This document shows, in pieces, positions 40,603 to 49,799 of a stretch of DNA of 64,000 nt. A model generated the notes under the pieces. It saw only the letters and a program-made list of their open reading frames with translations. It did no database searches and was not told where the DNA came from. Numbering within the stretch: position 1 is the stretch's first letter; the number at the start of each line of letters is the position of its first letter. Both the position numbers and the translations under genes were made by a program. Source of the stretch: Candidatus Oxydemutatoraceae bacterium (GTDB taxonomy: Bacteria; Pseudomonadota; Gammaproteobacteria; Poriferisulfidales; Oxydemutatoraceae); NCBI GenBank assembly GCA_965218975.1, contig OZ244717.1:1664001-1728000 (forward strand). The letters run 5' to 3'.

Positions 40603-40984
40603 GTTATGTTGCCTCCAAGAAGAGTCTGCGGCATATAGCCTCAGAGCAAAGGTTGAACTTCCTTAATGAATTGGACAACGCATAGTTGATGGGGCCCGAA
40701 CTCAAGGCAACTGTGTCGCCCGGATAGGCGGGATCGTATATCGTCAGTCTTGTCTTTTTGTCACTCACTGTTCCTGCATTCCAATATCGTTTCCTGTCGG
40801 GACATCTCAATGAGAGTTAACCAATTCAACATCAGTATTAGTTGTGCCTAACACACTGCACTGTACGTGCCAAATATTTCTGAGCTTGTATATACCTCAT
40901 TTAATTAGTTAGCATTTTTTAATCTTGTTTGCGGACTAATTATCCAATTTGATAAAGACTAGACGACTAATCCAATAATTAAAA

Positions 40985-41000
40985 TAGTTAAAATTAACTA
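40985..41000. promoter_or_regulatory. Palindromic operator candidate TAGTTAA-AA-TTAACTA (copy B)
   Basis: Identical to 36374-36389; upstream of the lodA-like gene. Confidence 0.5.
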
Positions 41001-41528
41001 AATTCTTATTTGATTATTTGATCCTCGCTTGCACGAGATATTATCTATTGGGAATAAATCATCTGACGCAAACTCATCCGGTGCCTGCATTACAAAGCCT
41101 GACCGGCGGCGCGTACATGACGGCGAAAACCGGTATTCGGCCGTTGAGCGCTAACGCCGTAGATGAAATACGTTGAATGAAGCGGTTTAGAAATCTTTAT
41201 CGGTTCAAAGAAACCATGATCGGGTTGGGAGTAGACAATCAACCCTGAGGGGCGATTATTCGGACACTGAAACTTCTGCTATGGGTTTCACGGGTAGTCC
41301 TTTATATTGGCGGTACTGATTCCGGAGCAGTGCATAAGCTCAGAAACATTTAGCACTCAAATCGTCGCTCTGCGCGCTTCTATCACAGTCGGACTTTGTC
41401 TAGTGGCATGAAAATCTAGGAATCTAAACTTCTCAGTAGCTTCCACGCTTCCACGAGGAAACCCGGATAATTAATATTAGCCGGTACTCATGCGCGCCCA
41501 CGAAGATGAATCGTGAAGGACCGGAGTG

Positions 41529-41802
41529 CTATTGGCCGGAGAAAAACCCGGCCGCTGTGAACATAAGTCCCATTGCAGCGACGACGATACCAGCAATGAT
41601 AATGTTCCACCGGATCATCTCAGCTCTTATCTCAGCCAAATCAGTTTTTAACTCGGTTCTTAACTCGGCCAGCCCTATTTTTAAATCCGCTTTAGTTACG
41701 GACATCATCTGTATGTGCAAGTGTATCTGCGACAGATTTAGCCTGTTCTTCACTAACACGGGGAATCTTTTTTAAGACTTCATATAATTCAATGGCACTC
41801 AT
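41529..41802 (-). pseudogene. Frameshifted copy of the small coiled-coil gene
   Basis: One extra base near 41700 (TTACGGACATC vs TTACGACATC) splits the ORF. Confidence 0.8.
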
Positions 41803-41841
41803 GGTTTCAGTATAGCCGATTTCAGAAGATATCATGCACGA

Positions 41842-42232
41842 TGTATACGATGCCACCCTAAATGGGATTCTTGAAGAGCTTCTGGGTGAGACGCGCCCGG
41901 AAAAACGATCGGTTTTCAGCGGCGAACGACCCGACAAGGATGTCGGGGCTGGGGCTTATTGACAGCACGAAGTCACGTCATGGACGACAAGTACTTTGCT
42001 GACAAACTTGCACCAAGCACTGTGTTGATAATCTGCTACTAAACACAAAACGGGTGAAACGCGCTCGGAAAACTGAACGGTTTTCAGCGGGGTTTTCAGC
42101 GGGGTTTTCAGCGGCAAACGACCCGACAAGGACCCCGCAGGGACATCAGGGCTGGGGTTCATTGACAGAACCAAGTCTCGTCATGGACGCCAAGCACTGA
42201 CGACAGACACTTTGCCGGGTTGTGACCAGATC
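41842..42232 (-). mobile_element. Truncated IS481-family remnant with two 102-bp-type modules (41884-41985, 42052-42188)
   Basis: CGATGCCACCCTAAATGGGATTC right end; second module has GGTTTTCAGCGG x3. Confidence 0.75.
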
Positions 42233-42346
42233 CGTCGAGCACTACCGCCGTAGATGAAATACGTTGAATGAAGCGGTTTAGAAATCTTTATCGGTTCAAA
42301 GAAACCATGATCGGGTTGGGAGCAGGCAATCAACCCTGAGGGGCGA

Positions 42347-43267
42347 TTATTCGGACACTGAAACTTCTGCTATGGGTTTCACGGGTAGTCCTTTATATTG
42401 GCGGTACTGATTCCAAAGCAACGCTCTTTTCCGTGGGTCCTTCTCGCTTTGAGCGGCTTGGCGAAGTTCTTTCTCAATGATGCTGTCGTTATCGGCCGCA
42501 GGGATGTCATCCGGTAGCTTGCCATTATCCAATGCATCGTTATCTTGATCCTGATCAAGCTGACGCGCCGACGGGAACACGCCATCTTCCGAGGTATCTT
42601 GGCCGTCACCCGGCAAGCCTTTGGTTGCTTCCTGTAAATCGGGTTCATCGCCGATAAGGCCGCGGCTTCTTATCGAGGTTTTCTGATGATCGTCCGGATC
42701 AATTTTTTGACCATCGGTATCAACAAGATATTCTTCTTTCGCCTCAGGTAAGCCACCCGAAAGACCGCGGCTTCTTATCGGATTTTGTTGGGAAGCTTGC
42801 TGACTACTTTGTTGATTATTTTCAACGGCGGAATCCTCATTTTGCGCTTCCGTTGACGCCGGGGGTTGACCATTTCCCTGCTGAACGTTCTCATCCTGAG
42901 AACCTTTATCCTCTGCTTCCGATAATTCCTGCTCGCTTCCCTGTCGGCCTTCGCTATCGGCGCTGCCGTCACCCGCAGCGCCATCCGAACCGCTTGCTCC
43001 GTCTGATCCTGTATTGCCGGATTGACCATCAGCGGAAGAATTTTCTTCCGTGCATTCGGTAAACCTCGTCAGGGAATCATCAAATTCCTGACTCATAATC
43101 GCGATCCGCTCCTCTTGTGTAAGCAGCTCTTCCAACTCAAAATCAAACTGGTTTTTATCGCAGTCTTGTACGTCGGATAAATCATTCGCCTGCGACAGGC
43201 TGAGAAACGCGCTCATTGCCAACCACAAAATAACCGCAAAGCCGTAACGTTTTATCAGCATGTTCAT
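42347..43267 (-). CDS. Exported acidic low-complexity protein, last gene of the ExbB/vWA cluster
   Basis: Signal peptide; D/E/S/G/Q-rich centre; C-terminal PDDIP..DNDSII...LRQAA..E.DP..R..LW..YR.YK. Confidence 0.75.
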   Translation of the reverse strand: MNMLIKRYGFAVILWLAMSAFLSLSQANDLSDVQDCDKNQFDFELEELLTQEERIAIMSQEFDDSLTRFTECTEENSSADGQSGNTGSDGASGSDGAAGDGSADSEGRQGSEQELSEAEDKGSQDENVQQGNGQPPASTEAQNEDSAVENNQQSSQQASQQNPIRSRGLSGGLPEAKEEYLVDTDGQKIDPDDHQKTSIRSRGLIGDEPDLQEATKGLPGDGQDTSEDGVFPSARQLDQDQDNDALDNGKLPDDIPAADNDSIIEKELRQAAQSEKDPRKRALLWNQYRQYKGLPVKPIAEVSVSE

Positions 43268-43296
43268 GCTCCAAAATAGCCCGAATCCGATGTTTT

Positions 43297-43325
43297 AGAC
43301 TAACTCCCGGACCGGCGCCTGTCAA
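43297..43325 (-). promoter_or_regulatory. Sigma70-type promoter candidate for 42347..43267
   Basis: TTGACA-17 nt-TAGTCT on the minus strand, followed by a GGAG RBS and ATG. Confidence 0.5.
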
Positions 43326-43412
43326 GATTTTCCCTCAGACGACTGACAGGATTTATCGCGACCCGTCGCTCAACTCCAAACGACCGTTCAAAACGCTCGC
43401 GCATCACTTTTG

Positions 43413-44369
43413 TCATTTCAGCGCGATAAACGTCCCGCGGCTATGACGGGATACTTCGCGCATCAAAATTCCGAAGCGATCGGGATGACCGCCTCCGGCG
43501 GCGTTATAAAAACCGATACCGTGAATGCTTGCCATAGGTTCCCGGGTACGCCTATCGATATTCAATTTATAAATTGTGTTGATGACCAAATCATAAGATG
43601 AGCCGGTGTAATCATCCCCGAAGATATAAACCGCAGTTTTTTTGCCGGGCTTCACGTACTTGCGCAGCGCCACTTCCAAACCTTCTACCGGACTGCTGTC
43701 GGAAATTGCATTCCATGATCTCATCAAATCGAGAGCCCGAGACCGGCTGCTCGTTGTATCTGATATCCATTTCCCTCGATAACCGGAAATCAGATGATGC
43801 CCGTTATCGTTCAAGACCTGAAAACCTTTGACTTTGGGATGAATGTCCAAAACGTTTTCAAGCGTATTAATCACTCGGCCCCAGATTTCTTTCATTGAAC
43901 CCGAAGTATCAAGAATAAACACGACGTAATGCGCGCCCACGGGTATGCCGCCCACTGCAGGATCCGGCTCATCGGTGTCGTCTGCGGAAATAGCAGCGGA
44001 GGCGGCGAAGGCAGGGGCAAGCGCGGCGCGTAAATGAGCCGTTTGACCCTTCAAATCACCGGCTTCCGATCTGAGTTTCGCAAGCATTTGTTGATTTTTT
44101 TCAATCAGATTTTGGACCTGCCTCTCTCGTGCCAGGGATTCGGTAAGCTCGGACGACAACTGTTCCGACTTAGCTTGCAGACTGACACCGGACACTTCCG
44201 CCTGACCTAACTTTGAAAGAAGGTCGGCAATGCGTGCGACGTCTTCGGTGCCGCCGATATCGGATGTCTTGGAAAGCAATACCAACATCACAATCACGCC
44301 GAAGCCGCATGAAATAACGTCAAGGAAAGAGAGACCAAAAATCTCCATATCGCGAGAACGCTTTTTCAT
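43413..44369 (-). CDS. ExbD/TolR-like TM + coiled coil + vWA domain protein
   Basis: SFLDVISCGFG TM with Asp; MIDAS DTSGS; ATG overlaps the upstream stop. Confidence 0.8.
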   Translation of the reverse strand: MKKRSRDMEIFGLSFLDVISCGFGVIVMLVLLSKTSDIGGTEDVARIADLLSKLGQAEVSGVSLQAKSEQLSSELTESLARERQVQNLIEKNQQMLAKLRSEAGDLKGQTAHLRAALAPAFAASAAISADDTDEPDPAVGGIPVGAHYVVFILDTSGSMKEIWGRVINTLENVLDIHPKVKGFQVLNDNGHHLISGYRGKWISDTTSSRSRALDLMRSWNAISDSSPVEGLEVALRKYVKPGKKTAVYIFGDDYTGSSYDLVINTIYKLNIDRRTREPMASIHGIGFYNAAGGGHPDRFGILMREVSRHSRGTFIALK

Positions 44370-45421
44370 GGCCACGACGCTTCCGGTGCAATAAGCAAGC
44401 CATCGGAGTTTGACGTCCATTGCCAGAAGACCGGAGAGGCGGATGTGTCGCCTTCCAGAGGCAGTAAAACAACGTTCACCACCGCTTTGCTGCGAAAATC
44501 GGCAATAGCCCGTTTAAGTAGTTTAACGCGGCATTCGCTGCTGATGGTCGTGGCTTTACCCAGGATTGATTTACAGCCGGAAAAAATCGAGTGAGACGTA
44601 CCACCCTTCGTCGGTAATCCGTCCGTAACGACATAAACGTTGGTAAAACCTTTGGCTTTGAGCTTCATCATACTAATGGCGGCGTCAAGGTTCGTTCCGC
44701 CGTTCGGCGCTATTTTTGAAAAAGCCAGCTTTATTTCACCGATACCCTTCAGACCGCCGCCTTTTTTCCAGCCGCCCTGGCCCACCACTTTCGCTTTATC
44801 ATTAAAGTGAATCACCATATATTCGCTTTCCGCAGGCGCTCGCGCAAGCAACCATTCCAAAATGCGTTTGGTGCGTTGCCACTTTGGCGCCCGAATCCTC
44901 TGCGCGGGCGGTGAAACCTTATGTTTGATAATATCAACAATACGTTCATCCGTCATTGAGGCGCTCGAATCAATAAGCATTACGATTTTCCTACCTTCAA
45001 CTTTAAGCCCTAAAAGATAGTTCTGTAACCGCTTACGATCCAGCGGAACCGGCACAGACGAGACTTCGGGAGATGCGGTCATCTTTTTTTCCAACTCGGT
45101 GACTTGTTGTTTGAGAGACTCGTTTGACGACTTTTGCGCGGTAACATCGTTGCGAATGCTTTTCAGACGTGCGGATAAATCCGTCACTCCCGAATTCTGC
45201 GCGGAAATTCTTGCCTGCAACGATGCGGCAGACTGATCCGTTTGCTCATTTTGCTTCTCCAACTGAATCAGCTCGATCAAAAGAGCGCCCACCTTCTCCT
45301 GCGGTAATTCGGTTTGAAACTTCACCAGCATAAAAATTAATACGACCGCGCCCAAACCGCAGGACATGATGTCCAGAAAGGCTATGTTGAATCCTTCAGT
45401 CTTTCTTCGGGAACGTATCAC
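44366..45421 (-). CDS. ExbD/TolR-like TM + coiled coil + vWA domain protein (paralogue)
   Basis: AFLDIMSCGLG TM; MIDAS DSSAS, GGTNL, VTDGLP. Confidence 0.8.
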   Translation of the reverse strand: MIRSRRKTEGFNIAFLDIMSCGLGAVVLIFMLVKFQTELPQEKVGALLIELIQLEKQNEQTDQSAASLQARISAQNSGVTDLSARLKSIRNDVTAQKSSNESLKQQVTELEKKMTASPEVSSVPVPLDRKRLQNYLLGLKVEGRKIVMLIDSSASMTDERIVDIIKHKVSPPAQRIRAPKWQRTKRILEWLLARAPAESEYMVIHFNDKAKVVGQGGWKKGGGLKGIGEIKLAFSKIAPNGGTNLDAAISMMKLKAKGFTNVYVVTDGLPTKGGTSHSIFSGCKSILGKATTISSECRVKLLKRAIADFRSKAVVNVVLLPLEGDTSASPVFWQWTSNSDGLLIAPEASWP

Positions 45422-45434
45422 ATACTCAATGGCT

Positions 45435-46202
45435 CTACCGGCTGATGTAGCTCACGATATATTTCACGCAGTACTCGCGGATATTGATAACCAGACCATC
45501 CTGTGCTTTTTGCAGCTGATGAAGCAGAAACATCAGAAATATACTGATGCAAAGCGCGACAAAAGTGGAGTTGAACGCAAGCCCCAGGCTGTTTGTCATG
45601 CCTGCGATGTTACCTGCAAGTGCTTGATCGGCCTGAGCAAGCGCCTGACCGATACCGCGTACGGTGCCGACAAATCCGATCGTGGGAATTGCCCAGATAA
45701 AATAGCGAATCAATGAGTTTTCCGCTTCAATGCTAATTGCAAGCGCTTCAACATTTGATTCGATTGCCTCCGATGTATTTTGGACGCTCTTGGTAACGAT
45801 AAAGCGATCGAGGGTGAATTTAATGACCTGCACCAACGGGGTTTTGGTCACCGGAGAATGGCCATCGTCAAGTTTTTTGCGCGCCGCGCTCACCTCCGCC
45901 GACTTATCATTGTCCGCGGAAAAAGACAGCAAATCGACTTCGAACAGATAACCATTGGAATAAATTTCCCAGTACCTCAACGCAATCAAATAAACTGAGA
46001 AAAACATAATGATGAAACAGATTTCCTGCTCAAAGTCTTTCAGGATGACGAACAAACTGCGCGGCACTGACTGCCCCTGGCTTTGCGCCGCCGCTATGGC
46101 ATTGTCGGCTCCCGGTAAAATAACACCGATATAAATCAGATGTACGGCGACGGTAATGATGACCAGCACATAGACATTCTTTAATGAAGGTTGCAGCGTC
46201 AT
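45435..46202 (-). CDS. MotA/TolQ/ExbB proton-channel family protein
   Basis: WAIPTIGFVGTVRGI, LGLAFNSTFVAL. Confidence 0.88.
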   Translation of the reverse strand: MTLQPSLKNVYVLVIITVAVHLIYIGVILPGADNAIAAAQSQGQSVPRSLFVILKDFEQEICFIIMFFSVYLIALRYWEIYSNGYLFEVDLLSFSADNDKSAEVSAARKKLDDGHSPVTKTPLVQVIKFTLDRFIVTKSVQNTSEAIESNVEALAISIEAENSLIRYFIWAIPTIGFVGTVRGIGQALAQADQALAGNIAGMTNSLGLAFNSTFVALCISIFLMFLLHQLQKAQDGLVINIREYCVKYIVSYISR

Positions 46203-46324
46203 CTTATATGTCAATCGGAAGTGTGGCGGGAGAGTTAAGGCTCGTGGAATATTGAACGACGCCTGCAATGGCAATGCCCGCGATGATCAAAAGTATGACC
46301 ACGATAACGGTGAGTAATTTTTTT

Positions 46325-48334
46325 TTATTGACTTGATTCTTTGCCATAGATGTACCGTGCAATCCGAACCCCTACGTCCCGGCGCTTACCGCTCAATTCC
46401 TGCCGGAAAGAAGAACGCAATGCCGAAAGGCTGCCGGACTGCCAGCTAGAACCTTTGACGACATGGGTCTTCCCTCTTTGCGGTCCCAGCGGATTTACCA
46501 AAACTTTTCTCGGTTGATCCAAAGTATAAAAATCGTGAGTCCATTCACTGATGTTTCCCGCCATATCATATAGCCCCGCCGCATCCGCAATCAAGGAACC
46601 GACCGGGGCTAACTGAGCGTAACCGTCATTATAATTCGGTATGCGGTACTCGGCGCTTTGCGGAGCATTGCGGTCCGAAAGATTGCCCGCCCCTTTGGGA
46701 ATAACGGTGGTATCCCCCCAAACGAATTTTGTACCCCTAACGCGGTTTACATAGCGGGCAAGCCACTCCCATTCCGCCTCGCTGAGCAAACGATAGCCGT
46801 CAGAGGTCGGATTAAAACCGGTCATTCTTCCACCTCGAATCGAATAAAAAAGGGTAAGATTTTCATTTTTGCTTAACCAATTGCAAAAGCCGGCCGCTTC
46901 GTTCCAGGTCACGTTCGTGACCGGGAGGTTGCTTGCCGGAACGCTGCTTTGAAACCGTTGAAATTGAGCGGATGATATTTCTTTTCTACTCACGTAAAAT
47001 GGTTTGGTCAAACGTACTTGACGTAATATTTCATTGGCGCGCTGGCCTTTTTCACTGCGGTGCGCGCCAATCGTAAAAGGCATATTCGCCTTGCGCGGGT
47101 CAAACAAAATCAGCTCTATACCGGCGGAGTTCGTCATTTTGCGCGGACTTTCATCGAGACGGGCTTGTAACTCGGTCTTCAGCGTATGAGCGATTTTGGT
47201 CGTATGCTTGCTGGTCGGTATAAACTTGCCGGTAACGCTGCGATAACCGTTTCTCACCAGCATGATTTCCTGGGAAACTGCGCGCAGATTAAAGATTTTC
47301 GGAGTAATGCCGACTTCCTCGCCGTTCAAAATGATTTGTGCGTCTGGAATTGCGTTGATTGCCACTTTGCCGTATTCCGGAGATAAACTAAAGGATACGC
47401 CGGTAGACTGACTCGGGTTGAAAGTTTGCCGTTTGGTTTGCGAAAAATAACCGACTGCCGCATAAGTCATATTGGTTTCCTGCAGCGGTTCAACTGTTAA
47501 TGGAAAACTATCCGTAACAAGTTTCCCGTTGATCGTCAACCTGCCGTTCGCCGGAGTGAGCTTGAAATTTACGCGCGCTTTTTTATATTGCAAATGATAA
47601 TCTCTGCTCACGGCAGGGTTATCCGCGGTAACTTCTATCCGTTCGTGAATCGGATCAAAATCACCGGCTTCTATCTTCACGGAATAGACGCCGCCTTCGC
47701 GGCTAAAAACCAATGGCGTGTTACCGACCAACTCATCATCTAACATCACCGGCATTCCCTGCGGCTGCGACAATATACTTATTTTCCCCTGCGCCGGTTT
47801 TAGGGTGAACGCAATTTCCCGTTCGCTGCCCCGCTTGAGGTCAAGAGCAACCTCCTGCGTTTCATAATACGGGTGTGACGCGGTCAAACGGTACTGTCCG
47901 GGAGCGAGATGAGTGACCAGAGCGGCACCTGAACCGACTAGGTCCCCGTCAATTTCCCATTGGATATCGTCATGAGCGGGAGAGGCAGCCGCTTTCACCA
48001 AAGCCTGCGCTTCCTCAAGGGTAACTTTGACGTTACGCGCCATCGTGCGTTGCAGTTCGATTGTTTGGGGAATAAATCCGGCGGCTGAAACCTCAAGTGT
48101 TGCCGTTGCTGAGATTAAATAAACCTTGTCATCGACGACGAAGCCAAACCCTGTGAGTTTGCGACTAGCGACAACAGCGGCTTCATCAGGCCCCACTTCA
48201 ACGACGGTGGCATTTGAAAAAAGGAAGAAGAAAACAAGCGACAGGAACGCTATGATAACGACGACGATAAAGAGAATAACTCTGCCAAAAAAATGCCGCC
48301 GTTTTTGCTCAAGCTGCGCTTCAGATAGACTCAT
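46325..48334 (-). CDS. Membrane-anchored PEGA-repeat + FGE-sulfatase (SUMF1-fold) protein
   Basis: N-terminal TM; PEGA-like SQPQG..V.LD...VGNTP; RLLSEAEWE, GLYDMAGNISEW, KGSSW, GVRIAR. Confidence 0.85.
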   Translation of the reverse strand: MSLSEAQLEQKRRHFFGRVILFIVVVIIAFLSLVFFFLFSNATVVEVGPDEAAVVASRKLTGFGFVVDDKVYLISATATLEVSAAGFIPQTIELQRTMARNVKVTLEEAQALVKAAASPAHDDIQWEIDGDLVGSGAALVTHLAPGQYRLTASHPYYETQEVALDLKRGSEREIAFTLKPAQGKISILSQPQGMPVMLDDELVGNTPLVFSREGGVYSVKIEAGDFDPIHERIEVTADNPAVSRDYHLQYKKARVNFKLTPANGRLTINGKLVTDSFPLTVEPLQETNMTYAAVGYFSQTKRQTFNPSQSTGVSFSLSPEYGKVAINAIPDAQIILNGEEVGITPKIFNLRAVSQEIMLVRNGYRSVTGKFIPTSKHTTKIAHTLKTELQARLDESPRKMTNSAGIELILFDPRKANMPFTIGAHRSEKGQRANEILRQVRLTKPFYVSRKEISSAQFQRFQSSVPASNLPVTNVTWNEAAGFCNWLSKNENLTLFYSIRGGRMTGFNPTSDGYRLLSEAEWEWLARYVNRVRGTKFVWGDTTVIPKGAGNLSDRNAPQSAEYRIPNYNDGYAQLAPVGSLIADAAGLYDMAGNISEWTHDFYTLDQPRKVLVNPLGPQRGKTHVVKGSSWQSGSLSALRSSFRQELSGKRRDVGVRIARYIYGKESSQ

Positions 48335-49796
48335 CGCAAATAACCGTTACGCGGACGACCTCTCCATGTCGAACACGGATTTGAACGTGTTTGTCGCGAA
48401 ATCCTTCACGCTCACCTCTAAAAGTATAATTGCCAGGCTTCAAACCATCCTTCAAACGATATTCCTTCACTTTTCCGATAATCCCGACTCCGACAACCGA
48501 GACAAAAGTTTTATTATCGGAATACACCACCACGGGCACCGGAACGGATGCTTGCCGGATGGCATCATTTAATCGTGCGATCAGTGATTGAAGCCGGGGA
48601 CTGTGACGCGCGGCTTCACCGAGCTCTTCGATGGTTTTTCTCGCCGCGTCGGCAATTTTGACGTCTGTCAGCCGATCCGGACGCAAAAGGATTTTCTCTA
48701 TCTTCGCGATATATTGATTGATTAGGCGAGCTAGGCGGAGCCCTGATTCCGGCTCCTCCGTATTCGGGAAAATTTGCCGGGCACCAGCATAGTATTCTTC
48801 GGCGCCCGACCAGTCATCGTCGTCCCTAGAGGCACGTGCTTTTCGGATAATATTTTCATAAGCCGACTGCATTTCCATTTGCTTTATTTGATTCGCTAAA
48901 AGCTTCGCTCCTTCGCGGTCGGGATAAATCTTTGCCGCTCGGGCCAGATTGTCTCTGGCCTGTTTGACGTTACCACGCTTGATGGCATGCCAACCCTGCC
49001 ACACGAACTCATCGTAATCACGTTCTTTCATTTTTTCAGTTAGTCGGAGATGTCTCTCCGCGAGATCGGTATGTGCTGAATCCAAACTCATCGCTTTGGC
49101 AAGCGCCGTTGCCTCCTCATCCGGCTTATTCTCAACGCGGGCAACGTCGGCAATACGCACAAGGTCCGCCACCTGCTCCATCACGGAAATTCTGTCCTTT
49201 AATCGCAGCGCTGCGGAATCATCAGGCTTATAAATGAGAGTGCGCCGGATCGCGGCAAATGCTTTTTGAGAATTATTCGATTCAAACTCTCTGTGCGCAT
49301 CTTTCAGGGCGGCATGAAAATTCTCCGCGTGAACCTTATGCAATTCGTCCGCCCGGGCAAAAATATTTTCAAGCTTGCTGATTGCCGAAACAAACTTCCC
49401 CAGACCAAAATCTTGAACGGCGTCACGCTCATTGTTCTCCAGTTCCGTGTGCTTTTCCGGCGCCCACCCGGGAAGATTAAGCGCCCTAATTCCAGGTTTG
49501 GTTTCGGTTTCATAGATGTGTAGTTTTTCACGAAACTCTCGACTTAAAATTTCTCCCTGTCCATTGTTTTGAGCGGTGTCTGGGTCCGTAAAAGCGCGGT
49601 CGGATTGCATTGTCGGCGAATCTACCGGAGAATCAGGAAATAAATCAACTCGTCCGAGGTACGCGGCAAAAATGATAATCACTGCCAACACCGCCAGAAG
49701 TTTTATTTTCCTTAAATCTTGCGCCTGCTGCGCTTTTTTTATGCGCTTGAGATGATCACTGTCGATGGGAATATAGTTTTCTTTCCCCGTATTCAT
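48321..49796 (-). CDS. Membrane-anchored TPR-like helical protein with C-terminal beta domain
   Basis: One TM near the N-terminus, Ala-rich helical repeats, LKPGNYTFRG.R.GFRD C-terminus. Confidence 0.7.
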   Translation of the reverse strand: MNTGKENYIPIDSDHLKRIKKAQQAQDLRKIKLLAVLAVIIIFAAYLGRVDLFPDSPVDSPTMQSDRAFTDPDTAQNNGQGEILSREFREKLHIYETETKPGIRALNLPGWAPEKHTELENNERDAVQDFGLGKFVSAISKLENIFARADELHKVHAENFHAALKDAHREFESNNSQKAFAAIRRTLIYKPDDSAALRLKDRISVMEQVADLVRIADVARVENKPDEEATALAKAMSLDSAHTDLAERHLRLTEKMKERDYDEFVWQGWHAIKRGNVKQARDNLARAAKIYPDREGAKLLANQIKQMEMQSAYENIIRKARASRDDDDWSGAEEYYAGARQIFPNTEEPESGLRLARLINQYIAKIEKILLRPDRLTDVKIADAARKTIEELGEAARHSPRLQSLIARLNDAIRQASVPVPVVVYSDNKTFVSVVGVGIIGKVKEYRLKDGLKPGNYTFRGEREGFRDKHVQIRVRHGEVVRVTVICDESI

Positions 49797-49799
49797 GCA

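Larger units (their letters stand above)
40900..41989 (+). repeat. ~1.1-kb duplicated header, copy B
   Basis: Colinear with 36289-37391. Confidence 0.9.

Noticed and set aside
43413-46202. Zorya, flagellar MotAB or Tol-Pal assignment
   Set aside because: No OmpA-like peptidoglycan-binding domain, long ZorA tail, tolB/pal or flagellar genes; the partners carry vWA domains instead.
46325-48334. Active formylglycine-generating enzyme
   Set aside because: The catalytic Cys pair is not visible after the KGSSW motif, and the PEGA/TM architecture suggests a structural role.
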